Assembly: GCA_004022145.1 (NCBI GenBank)
Contig: RCNU01000001.1
DNA length: 64,000 bases
Direction: 5' to 3' (one strand)
Source of the DNA: Paecilomyces variotii
Lineage: Eukaryota
Shown piece by piece: positions 13,730 through 26,504 of the stretch (positions are counted from its first letter, which is position 1; each line of letters opens with the position of its first letter). The notes under the pieces are model-generated. The model saw only the letters and a list, made by a program, of their open reading frames with translations. It ran no database searches and was not told the DNA's origin. A program made the translations under genes and the position numbers.

Positions 13730-14019
13730 GGTGTTTTTCAAAACGCGATGTTGAAATCGCAAAGGGAGATCCGAAGCTCTAACGAGGCTCAGAGCATTTG
13801 ATACGGGAATCAAATCTTGATTGAGAGGGTGCAGAAAATTTATGCCCCCAGACTCTATCCTGGACTCACGGCTTCCGTGGAGGCGAGCTGCAAACCCGCT
13901 GCTACTACCCTATACAAACGGGGTAGAGCAAAACAGCGGGAAGCCACATATATCAATCACAGATACCCTGGAACAAACCATGGATGCTCAGAGACAGTGT
14001 TCCAGCGCAGCAGTAAATA

Positions 14020-14205
14020 TGTCGGTGTATGTACAAAGCGAACGCCAGGTGACCTGTCAATCATCCGTTTGCGGCAGATTCTTTGAATCCTGATTATAGG
14101 ATTGATTACTGGATTACTAGATTACTAGGATCTAGATTCTTTGTATGCTAAAGATAAATATGGGATCAAATCCCCCCCTTAGACCTAGAAGCAAGCAAGC
14201 AATTC
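14020..14205 (+). mobile_element. Second, inverted and truncated copy of the LTR at 12764-12923
   Basis: Aligns with the reverse complement of about 12810-12923 (e.g. GCCAGGTGAYCTGTCAATCATCCGTTTGC; AGACCTAGAAGCAA) with mostly transition mismatches and a 58-bp insertion. Confidence 0.8.
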
Positions 14206-14499
14206 TGTCGAATACTAGGATCACGGAAGCAAATATGCTGATTCATAAGATATTCAGGTATGCGAATATATTGACTAGATTGCTTGAAGACTCGAAGAAC
14301 ACCATAAACTGACAGCTATTTATGCTCATAGAATCCCGCTGCTTTTACCTTACCCCTCCTATCCTTTAATTGAGCAATTGCCTAAATAGGCAATTGACGT
14401 GGCATAGTATAGGAGTTGCATATAGGATGCATTAGGGTATGAGTTGGATATTTGCAGATCGGCTGATTAATCGGGGAACCGACGATTTGGATGCCGACA
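14206..14499 (-). mobile_element. Putative further solo LTR
   Basis: Begins TGTCGAATA (same 9 nt as the 12764 LTR terminus) and ends ATGCCGACA; starts exactly where homology of the 14020 copy stops; no TSD seen. Confidence 0.45.
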
Positions 14500-14693
14500 T
14501 TCCCACATATGTGAGCTCATTTTTAATTACTGTACATCGGGTGTTTCTATATATTTCCAGGCTTTGACTTAAACAGGAATGATATTATTTTCTCAATTTC
14601 CTTTTATATACATAGCAGGCAGGCAAACATGCATCGAGAAATGTCTGGGGTGATACCTTATAAGATCATCCGCAATTTCTCATCGAGTTTTGG

Positions 14694-17600
14694 TTAGTTA
14701 CGCCGAGGATCCCGCGCGTAGCGTCCAAGAAGTTGAGAGCTTCTCTTCAGTCTCCTCTTCTCTGCATCAGGGTCAGAAGCAACAATAGTACTGTTTCCTG
14801 CGAGAATAGACCACTCAGCAACGGTAGCTCCAGTTCCATTCTTCGCCTGAACCTCAGCTTCGGATAAGGCCTGGTTTCCGACAATCAAGAGCGTCGCAAA
14901 CCGCGGAACTGGCACGGGGTTTGTAAGCGTGACATTTGTGCTGTTCCCGCGAGGGATATTGATCGCGTTGAGGTCGGTCGTTTTTGGGTTATATGGGTCC
15001 GAAAAGCTAATGTTGTGCAGGCTGAGGACCACGGAGTAGTCGGATTTCGAGCTCGAGTCCGATGTAGAAGAGAATGCAGACACAGGATTCTCCACGGAGT
15101 TATTGTGGAATATGACGGTCGCGTTGACAGGTGGAGCTTGTGCCCAATCGAAGTAGAATCCCGAAATAGGCGCTCCAGACTCGGTTTGGCTCAGAGAAAC
15201 GGTCACTGCGCTGACATTGGCCGCATACGATGGCTGCCACTTCGTAGACGTAGCGCCGTCGACAGCTGCAATGGGGAACTGGCCAGGCTCAAATTCTGAG
15301 GTTGACGTTACTGGCTTGCATTGAGCAATGTTTCCGGCAACTGTATACCGGGATGCAATCTGCCTGTTCGTAACAGTGAGAGTTCCGTTGACTGGTAGTC
15401 GATACACCGTTGCGTTACTCTCAGATCCAACGTGCACGGGGATCGTGACGTTAGCAAATTTAGGGTCTGCTGTGTCAAGCGGAGAAACGTCCGTCGCTCT
15501 CTGGATCGTAGTGTGGGTGTAGTTGGACTTCGCAGAGATAGGCCATCCTCGCCAGTAGAAGGTGCGGTACTTGACATGAGGCACCTGTGGTGGCAGGTTC
15601 GGGTCAATATGGATAACGTTGTCTGGAAGGAGACGCAGGCCAAGGTAGCCGAATAGGACGACCTGATTAGCGCCACCACTACCGGTCAAGAAGGGATACG
15701 CTGGGTGAGTTCCGCCATTAAGAGAGGCGTCATCAATCATCTGCTCTGAGAGTTGATAGAAGGGTGCTCGCGCATACGGAACATAGGCGTTTTGGCCGTA
15801 AGTATATGCCGAGCAGCCTGATGGCGACACCTCGCTAGCTACAATAGAGAAGATAGCCCATGTCATGGCTGGACCATCAGGAGATTGACTTCCGGCGTAC
15901 TTGAGATTTCATTAGCGTCGTAGAACTTGCGCATTGGGGCTTTCCATATTCAAGGCGCACTCACATAATCCAGATCATTCAGGGCATCCTGGGCACTGTA
16001 GCCCGAGTCATAGTTCAACGGGTAAGTATCCAGCACCACATCTGCCTGCTTAACTGCAGCTGTTCCGTTCATCGTTGTATATTCCAAGGTGACGCCGTTT
16101 TCGCGTAGAAGCAATACATTCTCGGACATGTCCATCCATGTGCTGTTCTGTTCGATGCCGAACTGCTTACGGAATGCATTCGCGTAGAGCAATGTCTGCG
16201 CAATCAGGGGCATCGTGTATCCACCCGCATCGACATGGTTTGCATATTCGTCCTGTTCTGAGTGTTAGGTAGTTGCTTTTTCTGTAAGAGAATGGTCGAC
16301 ACCTACCGGATCAGTCATATTTGTCAACGTCCATGATGTACCGTTCCGCTCAAGCAAGTTGGAAAACATCGTCGCGATGGAGTCGTAGATCGGGAAAAGC
16401 TTTTCTTTGAAGAAAGAATCATCTCCGGTAGCGACCCATTGGTTGATAAACGACAAACCGATATCCCCGTTCAGATGGTACTCATAGTCGAAGCAAGGTC
16501 CCGTACCCGTGCAGTTCCCAAAACGGCCGCTTGTCCAGGAATAAATCGCAGCGGAGTCAGAAAAATGAGTCTTATTCTTCGAACTCGTAAATGCTGTGTG
16601 GATATTTTCACGGGCCTGGCCGTACTTGGCAATGCGGTAGTTTGTGATGCATTGTGCGGCTTCTGGGTGCGAAGCTGCAATACCAGGTTGCATCCAGGTA
16701 TCCGCATCCCAGAAGATCTGGCCTGCGTATGAGTCCGAAGTCAGGCCACCGACGGAGATACTCTCTGAGTTCAGTGATGTAGAGGAGGATTCCCGGATCG
16801 CATTCTTGCCGACCGTGTTCTGTAGGAGATAGTAAGGATTTGTGACAGCACTGACGGCCGAGTCAATGATATACTCATCCTGGGGGAGAGTGCCGTTTTC
16901 TGGGAAGGTAAAATCATCGACAGATCCATCAGGCATAACGTTTGCCCATTCTGAAACATGTGAGTGGAGAGACTTTTCGTAACCAGTGGCTCGGGCTTTC
17001 AATGCTGCCTTCTTGGCTGTCTGCTGAGGATTGGAGAATGCATCTGAGGATGCAGCCCCGACGAACTTGGTAATACTGACAGTCTTCCCGGCAGGGAACT
17101 TGACGTTGACGAGTTGCGCAATGGACGAATCGTTTGTGTGGAGATAAGGCTTGTCTTTAGTGACAATTGGGGTTGACGTGTTAACTCCTTGAGAGCCACT
17201 CATGATGGCATAGACATACGCCGTCACGTTGTTGATTCCCCATGGTCTAACGGCTGAGTAGATCGCAGGTCCATCCTGGCCAGATTCCACGAAGTCTGTG
17301 CGGACAGCTGAATAACCATCTATCACGTTCGCAACGGTAGCTTCTGCGTCGGCTGAAGCGGTCACCTCCAGGTGCACGACAGCTTGGTTGACATACAACT
17401 TGTGGGCGAAGAGCCTATATGTGACATTAAAGGAGGCGTGAACGTCTTTTGGTTTCCATGTATATGACCATGAAAGGAGCCCAGCTTTATAGTCGAAGGT
17501 CGTAGTATAATCGGAGATAGTTTCGTTATCGACAGTGGCATCGAGATACGTATCATTTCCCAGGTCGAGAATCAGACCACTCCAGTGTGGAACACCACTA

Positions 17601-18127
17601 ATGACGCTTTCGCCGCCGTACTGATTCAACCAAGGAAAGTTCGACCCGTTTGTCTCAGCCTGAAGGTCGAAGAATCCACTGATGGTAGCGAAAGTCTGCC
17701 GTCTGGAGAAGAGTGGCCAACCGCTGATTACATCGCCATCTACTGGGACATCGAGCTCGAAGAAAGGACCCGCGCTAGCGACATTGATACCGATATAGCC
17801 GTTGGCAACAGAGCCACGCGACTGGAAATGACCCTGATCGAGAGTCGTGCTTTCAAGGCGCCAGTTCTCTTGGTCCCAGCTAACGCCAGGAAATCTCGTG
17901 CTGTATACATGGCTTGAATTCCCAGCAACATCACTGCGTCGTCCAATGCCGGAACGTCCAGAATACCTTTGGAGTACCCTATCAACTCTAGCATCATGGG
18001 GGAACGCGGATACAGATGCAGACTGAAGAAGGGATGCCAGTAGGCCCCATTCTAAGAACTTCCCAGAACATTAGCCCGGCCATTCTCTCTCCAGATATAT
18101 AGGAAGCAGACTCACTGTTAGCCGCAT
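14694..18127 (-). CDS. treA: Acid trehalase, GH65 (TreA/Ath1)
   Basis: Signal peptide MRLT|FLEWGLLASLLQSASVSA; GSVANGYIG, YAGQIFWDADTWMQPG, TNMTDPDEY, VKQADVVL, GPAMTWAIF; C-terminal F5/8-like AVDGATSTKWQP; 3 introns. Confidence 0.95.
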
Positions 18128-19984
18128 TTCGCGACGAAGTCACCCAATTTCTGGCTCTAGGCTACCGTCTTTGTTTCTTTGCACATCTAGGATCCCAACG
18201 GTTTGTATGACGCTCCGTAGTAACTGACCCCGGACCTGATCGTACGTTTTGACGAGTGCAGACACGGAGGTACAAATACGAGCAACATTATTTAATAATC
18301 ATAGAGCCCGCATTTGATCTCATTGGAGCTTGAGGCCCTCGTACCGCAAATAATAATGCCGGCACATGGTACTAAGTTTAAGACCGTCATCGAATTTTCC
18401 GGAACTAAGGTACCATGCCGTCCGGATTCAGAGGTACGGCGTGCGGACCTGCCTCTCAGAGTTAGGCTGACCCCACGCCATCCCCGAGCACAGTACAAGT
18501 GAGGGAAAGCTGTGGAGGATACTCTAACCCGGATCTGAATGGTAAAAATCAGCCTCTTACGTCTCCGGCGCGGAGACAGAGGCCATTGGTTTCGTAGTCG
18601 CCCAAGCCATTGCAGGGGAAATAGCATCCTCGACACCCCGTGACGTTCAGACGGGAAAGCAGAGAACGGTTAGCCATAGCTAGACCGTTACAGCCTGAGT
18701 AGGAAACATTATTATTATTGTTCAGCCAGAGAAGCCGTTGAACTGTTGAAATCCCTGAGAGTTTGCGCTGCGCCGCTCCCGGGTTGTTTTAGCGGGGATC
18801 TTGCGGAGGGAAGTTGTGGGGTCTGGAGAAATGCCGGGATTTGTCCGAGTCGGACATCCGAATCGGCCAAGATGGCTCACACGGCTTCTTTTCAGCGTTC
18901 CATGCCGAAGGATTGGTGTCTCAGAGCTGGAGGAATAGCTTTCGCTTGATTGTTCCGTTGGGGATTTAGCAAGTCCCTATTCTTCACCGGTAAGAGTTTA
19001 TACACACTAGTGCAATGCTCCAGTGGGCGGGAATTACTCTCTCGTCCCTGAAAGGATCGAAAAACGCGCATCTCATTACATCGGAAGTACAGAAGAGCAT
19101 CGTGAGATGGTGAAACTCATAGATGAAGGAGATTCTATTGTGTCGAGGGGGAAAAGAAGAACAGAAGACGAAGACTGAAAAACAGGAGAAACTGGTGTTG
19201 GGTCGAAAGACGTCGGTGTTTTAAAAGATCAGGGATGCCGATCAGCTTGGGGAAGCACGCGGTCCCTCGATCTGATCTGGGTTCCACTGCTGCAGTCACG
19301 CCTGACTCCGACCTCAGGCACCACGAATTGTACTTCCAGCAGTGGAATGATCTAGAAGCTTTTATAAACAGTGATACTGTCTCCCTAGTGTCATGTTGTC
19401 ATCCTCGAATAATAATTAATACTTTTTGCAGGCGGATAATATTCTCTATTTCTGGCTCTATTCTCTGGCATCAATTCTGCCTCGAATATAGGAAGATGCT
19501 CAGACGCTCAGTGGAAGGATCAATGGTCCTCCGTCTCACGTAGAGATCATCTGCATCTGCCCCTGTCTCGGCGGATCGGTGCCACTGTTTCTCTGGCCAT
19601 ATAGTCTTCGCTGGATCCGTCGACATCTGAGACATGCAGGCATCACAAGGAAGGTTCATAGAGACCCTGATAGGTATGCAAGATAAGCCTGGCAGTATCT
19701 CTAATCCATCCAGTCAGTTGTATCTCCTTCTTAAGGAGAGCAGGTATCTTCTGTTTTGCAAGACCTGCATCCCGGCTGTTCCGGTGTAATTGGCCGCTAG
19801 CAAGGCTCTGCTGACTGAGGAGCTATCATCCGATGTCGGGCATCCAGGGAACTGTCCGACCTAGAAACTATCCTATATCAGGAGGGATGTCCATCTCGCT
19901 GTGGTTTTTACACTTCTGGGTATCGTATCAAGCCGGGTCGAGCGAGTCGCAAGAAAATAGTATCTGTAGATACTAAGTTCAACT

Positions 19985-21127
19985 TCAATCCGCTTCACCT
20001 TCCGCGTCTTCCTCTTGCTCGTCTCCTTCAATAGCGGATGCACTGGCGGTAGCATTGCTCACGCGTTGGGTGTTCCCACTGCGTCTCTTTCCTTGCTGGT
20101 ACTGCTCCGTAGTCGTAATGGCCCTCTCTCCGACGAATTTATTGTGTGGCCAGTCGGCCTTGCATACAGGGCACTTCTCAGCCTGCTGCATACGGAAAAA
20201 GTTTCGCATACAGATATCGTGAAGTCGTCCCAGGCAGTCACGGTTAGCACAACGCTGGCCCTGTCCGCAAGTCAAGATTAGCACCATATCTCTCTCGACA
20301 AGTGCCATAACCCAGATACTCACGGCAGTGATTATATCCTTGCAAGCTGCGCAGAACTTTATCTTGTTGACCCGTCGTCCCTCGTCGTCTTCCTCATTAT
20401 ACGTTGCAACCAGCCAGCCTCTTAGTTCCATGAGAGCACGAGGACTTAACGAGTAGAACCCCTTTCTACTCTTCTCGAGCCATCCTTCATCCAAGAGTCG
20501 CTTCATGACTGACTCGGCCTGCTGCATCGTCAACGACTGTGCTGCTCCGCCTTGAGGCTGCTGCGTCGCCGCCGACTCCCGCCTGTCTGCGGAAGATACT
20601 TTTGCCAGCTGCACGGCTTGCATCCCAGTCACAACCATAGCTTCTGATCGCCGCGTGTTGTACGTGTCAAATATTGCATCCAAAATACGCTTCACAAAGG
20701 CAATCTCATCTGCTGTATATGTTGTCGCAAGTTGGGTAAGGGGGTCGCTGGTAGTGTTTACGAGAGCGTAGACGCGGTGACTGCCGCCGTTGGTCCCATT
20801 ATCATCAGGCAACTGATGCAACGTGCTCCGGATCTCCAGGTCAAAGGGAGATATGGCTGTATTCGCCGCGGCGATGTATGAAGACAGATCCGCTTGTGTG
20901 ACATCCTCTGGAAGAACCGGGCGGCGTTCTGTAGGACATCATAGGTCAGCGATTATTTTTTCGACATAATCCCCCAGAAAAATAGTCGACTGCGCACCAT
21001 GAGTTGAAAAGATCGCTGCTAGCACAGGCTTGGCTTCTTCGAAAGTCATAGTCGAACGCGCCAGAAATGCCTGAAGAAATGCGCGGTTGCTATCATTGTA
21101 GCCATCTTCGTCCACGTCGTTGGACAT
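19985..21127 (-). CDS. nse1: Smc5/6 complex non-SMC element 1 (RING)
   Basis: YNDSNRAFLQAFLAR, YALVNTTSDPLTQLAT, LSPRALMEL and RING C-x2-C...C...C..H..C...C-P-x-C; two introns. Confidence 0.92.
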
Positions 21128-21686
21128 CACTGTTGAATGTAAACGAACCAGAGCTGGATGTTTCTGATACGTGTCTGTAAGCTACAAATGATGAAATTGA
21201 GCTGCAGTTGGCTGTAGTTTGCAGCCAGTCCAGGTGTATTTGCCCCGACGCGATAAAGTCCTCGCAACGCGAACCGCGCGCGCCAAGCCCATTTCTTACT
21301 TAGGGATTAGTCTACGGACGTTGTGCCGCCCTGGCCACTATGAGCCACGTGATCTGGGTCAGCCATAAGTTATAGGCCTGGCCTGCCGTGCTCTGGCCCA
21401 TGCTGAAGAAATGTGGACGAAATGTTGGGAGAATGATTACAAGAAGAGAGAATGGTACAGTACTTCCGGAAATCGCTGCCATCACCCTCAACTTGGAGAT
21501 CTCTCAAACACGGTCTAATAATACATCACAACTCTAACTTGGAAAATGGCAATCTCTACTAGGTATACAGTAGGTTAGGTAGGTATGCTGATATACTAAG
21601 ATATGAACGAATAATAGGAGAAGAATCAATGCTTCAAAGTCTTGGATAACGTCGTTCCAGTAGAATCAATTCCCTAAATGAAACGA

Positions 21687-23032
21687 CTACCGACGATGAG
21701 AGCGGACACCAAAATGTCCGTTGAGCCTTGGAGGTGTTCTATTTTCCCCTCGCAGAAATCGAGTTTTGTTGGAGGCTCCGTACTTCTCTTTTGAGGTTCC
21801 TGAAGTCTCCTCCTTTAAATCTTCGATAGCGATGTCCTTGTTGGCATTCTCCCTTCGGGGCTCTTTCATGCGGGCGTGCTTCTTACTATTTCTAGTTCGG
21901 AGCTCTTCGATAAAGGCGTCTTTAGTGGCATTTTTGGTTTGGAGCTCTTTGATACGGGCGTCCCTTTTCTTGAGATTTTTAGTTCGCAGCTCTTTAATGC
22001 GGGTGTCCTTCTTGTTATTTTTAGTTCGGAGCTCCTCGATGTGGGCGTCTTTGGTAGCATTTTCGATTTGGAGCTCTTCGATGCGGGCGTCTTTGGCGGC
22101 ATTATCGGCTTTGATATTTTCGATTATACCCGCCATATTCCTAGGAACAACATCTAAATCCCTTTGAATGACCAGGATCTCGTCGTCTTTGGCGGCATTA
22201 TCGGCTTTCAGATTCTCGATTATACCTGCCATGTTTCTAGGAACAACATCTAAATCTCTTTTAATGATCATGATCTCATCGTCTTTGGCGCGTACATCTT
22301 CCTCAAGACCTTTGATCTGATCGACATTAGTTGTGCTGTTGGAGTGCTGGATGTTATCCAGGTTATCATTAGACATCTTGAGTATGCTGACCTGTTCTTG
22401 AAGCTTCTCCTTTAACTTCGCGAAGTCTTTTTCACATCGCTGAGCTCGTTTCCGGAGTGCGTCGGCTTCTTTGGTGTGCTCTTGGATTTTATTCCTCGTG
22501 TTATTATCGGTCGTCTTGAGTCTTCTGGCCTCTTCTTGATGCATTGAAAACTCCTCCCCTAACCTCGCGAAGTCTCTCTCATATTGTTCCCGAACCGTGT
22601 TGGTTTCTTTGTCGACAGCGATTCTAATCGTCTGGTTTTGGCTATCAATAAGTTTTTCCATAGTCTCTAGAAGTCGGTTGTTTGCCCATCTCTGGAGAGA
22701 AGGTTCCGTTGGGAAGAGAGTAACGATAGCTCGAGACAAAACAATCGCGCACTACCTTACAATTAGTGATTATACCAGTAAAGACAGTGAAACAGGCTTA
22801 CTATCGCAACTAAGAAAACCTTGATGTAGTAGGTAAGAGATGTCGCCGCAGGTATGGTTAAGCCGACCGTGACATATGCAAGAAGCGCAAATGTACTGAT
22901 CTGAATCAGAAGCAGCAGCAGATCCGGGGTAAGCTGCACCAGATGGAGTGCTAGAGAATGAAAACGGATAAAGAACTTTTGTTTGATGCGCACTAGCCGA
23001 TCGCTGGAATCTATGGATTCGTACATGGCCAT
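21687..23032 (-). CDS. Orphan protein with N-terminal hydrophobic segments and a long repeat-built coiled coil
   Basis: ORFs 22763-23035 and 21687-22739 join in frame through a GTAAGC...CTAAT...TAG intron (about 22752-22801); no recognisable family. Confidence 0.55.
21834..22280 (-). repeat. Coding tandem repeats: 2 x 96 bp plus 6 x 42(45) bp
   Basis: GTCTTTGGCG recurs at 22089, 22185 and 22281; 14-aa units KDARIEELQIENAT / KDAHIEELRTKNNK etc. Confidence 0.9.
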
Positions 23033-23936
23033 CAAAGTATGATACAGAAGATCAAGGAATAGAGCCCAAGGTTTTTGGAGAACAACTTTGAAATTCAGGA
23101 TGTAAGCAGTGCGGGGTAAAAGATGTTGTTAGAAAACAACTGCTGGTTGGACTCATGCTTCCATTGGTTAATGTTGGCATGGTATTATCTTGGATGCAGC
23201 ATTTAGCAAGGACCGGTCGACATATAAAACATCTTCAATATCCAGGTGAATTTATATCAGGAAACAAATGCATTCTGAACCAGCTCAAGTATGGTCAAGT
23301 TCAATAGTCAAGGTTCAGGCCCATCCCGGTTGTCATATCTACTAGCCCATTTACTCGTTTACTTGGGTGGCCTACCTACCCATGAAATATGTTGGTTACC
23401 TTAACTAACCGACTATTTTACATAAGACACGAACACGCAATGAACAAGGGAGAGTTGAAACAAATTCCTACTGACCCATGTTATATATAAATCAGTGGAT
23501 CTTAGTATATAAGTTGGAGAAAGAGCTATTGACAACCGGTTTCTGAAATACTGCACAGACCGATAGTACTTAGAGATCACTTCGGTCTTATTATTCAACC
23601 TGCTTACCGCAGTCCTTCATATAAGGCTTCTACTGGTATAACTAGAACGGGTCTTGAAATTGAGTAAGTAAATAACACAATAGCTAAGTCAGAAGTACGG
23701 TCTAGTTAAATCGTAACCCCCCCCAAATTAACTGTCTTACTGGCCGTGGTAGATAGTGTAGATAACTGAATGACATTGAGCGCGAAGAACTAAATATCTT
23801 TTGGACTTCAATTTTGCAGTCCTCTTTGGTTCATCCCCTTATAGTCCCATATAGGGAGGACTTGGTAAATTCGGGCCTAAAGTGTTCCTATTGTCAATAT
23901 TATCAAACTTCTAATAAAATCACTTCAGTTCCAAGA

Positions 23937-25339
23937 TCAAAGGACCAATCCGCTAATATCCGCTGAAGTCTTTACTCCGTCCACCATCTCTGCAACAACT
24001 TTCCCAGTTCCCAGCGAAAGCGAGATTCCCCACGGTCCATGGCCCGCGGCAATGAAGACACCGCCTTTCTTCCTACCTTCGCTTGAACCCTCCAGGGACC
24101 CTGTTTTGATACCTGTACCCAGTAATTCGTCGCCGACTCGAGAAATAATGGGTGATCCTCTATTTGTCACTGGTCGGAAACACAGCCCTTCACGGAGGAC
24201 TTCGAGGTCATCCGTGTTAGGAGCATCGTCGGATGACACTAGACTTCCTTCCGCCAACTTTCCCAATAGTCGAACAGAAACATCTTTCAGTTCTTGTATT
24301 TTATCTTTCTGGATGAGTGATTTTGATTCTTCCGCCTTGCTTGGCAATGGGATCTGCGTGCTATTCAACCCGGCAATATATATCTCGGCACCGCGCCTCG
24401 AGAATATTTCGGGAGAAAACCCGCATGACGCAGGGTGGGTTGTGAAAACAGCATGACTTCTACCTTTGTATGCCTCGCGCTCAAGCTTCTCTGTATGCCG
24501 TGGAGATCGCAAGACCAGCGAATATCCCGCTAGCTGCGAGATGCGGACTCGGGCTTTTGATGATGGGAAGAGGCCTTTAAAGACCGCTGGAGTCCAAGGC
24601 CCGGCGGAAATTACGAGATTTGTGCACGGAACAACAGACTCGATCTGAGTCTTCAGGTCTCTGACCTTGACGCCGGTGATCATTCCCGTGGCGCTGTCTG
24701 TGATGACAGATGTTGCCTCCGCGGGATGATGAAGCTGAACACCGCGAGAGATGCAAGTATCCATAAGATACTTGCAGAGTCTTAAAGGGTCCCTATAAGA
24801 GCATTAACTTCTGCTCCAGTCCATCAGAGAAAGCACAGGATCGGAAAGGGGTTTACTAACACCTGGGCAGCCGTCTCGCCATGGCTAATATTGTCGATAG
24901 TTCCACCTTTTTGTCTAGTCAACCAGAGCGGAATCTCATCCGAGATATTCGAGACTGCTTCTCCTAGAGAAGCGGCCTCCGCTCTCGAGGTACCCTCCCT
25001 CAACCAGTCACCTCCCCGCGCACCGGTACGTGCTGCAGACACATCGCTCACATCCAGACTAAGAGCTGTGCTCTTCATATAACCCCATTTCTCCTCGCCA
25101 CCATTCTCAGATGCTACTTTGCCATGCAGATCAAATGAAAGAGCACCCAGAGGTGCTACGGATGACGAAAACCAATCCTTAGCAATAAAGCCAGCGGCAT
25201 ACCCCGATGCAGCGCTAAAGAGTTGCGAAGATGATTCGATCACATGAATTTCTTGATCTCGATGAGGTGATGACTCGCTGGATAAGTAATAGGCGATCGA
25301 CGATCCGATAATGCCGCCACCGATAATCACAGTTGACAT
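23937..25339 (-). CDS. FAD-dependent oxidoreductase (DAO/glycine oxidase family)
   Basis: MSTVIIGGGIIG Rossmann motif, ASGYAAG, ISAGPWT, LCFRP, AAGHGPWGISLSLGTG; one intron near 24794-24860. Confidence 0.9.
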
Positions 25340-26504
25340 CTTGATAGGATTCTGCAATCGCACTTTTCTGGTGACAACCGGGTATGGGGGTAGTAGATCT
25401 CAATAAGAAATGTGTACAGATTATCGACAAGTAAATTCTAGAGTCGGTCAGAAAATTGTCTTGTGAATCGTGTAACTCAAATGGTGGATATATACCAAAC
25501 GTGGTCCCTAACTGATATGGAAAGCTTAACCTGCTTATCAAGTAGCAGACAGGTTTATTATATCTATACAGCTTATCAGATCACTCGGTTCATAGAGTAC
25601 AGCATCGCTGAGAACAAGTCTCCAAAGGCGCAAGTATTCGCGATAACGAGACTAGGTCTGACGCAGATGTAGGGATAGATTCCGGAATAACTAAATACTG
25701 CAGTTCGGGGGATGGGCCCTCAAGTATAAATAAGCACCTAGTCAGTGGAAACCAATAGATAAGCCATTCAATATGTCGGGCTGGCCAGGTAAAGGATTTG
25801 CGATCTGGAGGTAATTCATATGTGACGATGATATGGACAGTCCATTACAGGTAGGGTCCAACAAGTGGGTAATACGCAATCCCTAGTACGAATTACATAT
25901 CCATTATCATTTGCATTTGTTTAAACATTGAAAGGGAGTAGATATCTTGGTTCTTATTCTTGAAAATGGCATATTTATCAGCCGAAGAGGGGTTCCATGA
26001 AGAAGCGCGCCGCTCCGCCCGCCACACAATGACGTTGAACCACCGAGATCCGATCCCGTCCAAGTACCCCTCCAATGTCTGCTCCGTTCACTGAATGCTT
26101 TTCTTTAGAGTTCTGACTGCTGCTTGAGCCTCATCGAGACACTATCCTAAAATTGTTGGTCTTAGGTAAGTCGGTCCAAGGACATATTTATTTCTACTGC
26201 TTGTATGTTATTTCTTCGTTGTTTCAATTCGCACCAGCGTCGAAAAGAAGAAGGGAAAAATAGGATGTATGATTATCCGGGCCTTGCCTGTCGGTTCATG
26301 GGATGAAGTTTTTGATATCTGGGCATTGATCATCACGCAAGGATCCAATGTCTGAGATCAGTGTTTCCCTGTCTGCAGGGAGTATGGTGCAACCTCCAAT
26401 GCTGCGGTTCTTTCACATTTGAAGCCTCTGAAACCAGCATTTTATATGTCTTGTTCCGATTGTATGAGAAGCTAATGTTACAAAGCAGATAACAATTAAT
26501 CAAC

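Noticed and set aside
19555-19645. TGTCTC...GAGACA imperfect hairpin as a possible MITE
   Set aside because: Arms are too short and imperfect, with no TSD and no second copy in the window
21834-22280. Regular repeats considered as a CRISPR-like array
   Set aside because: Eukaryotic context, no unique spacers, unit lengths are multiples of 3 inside an ORF: coding tandem repeats
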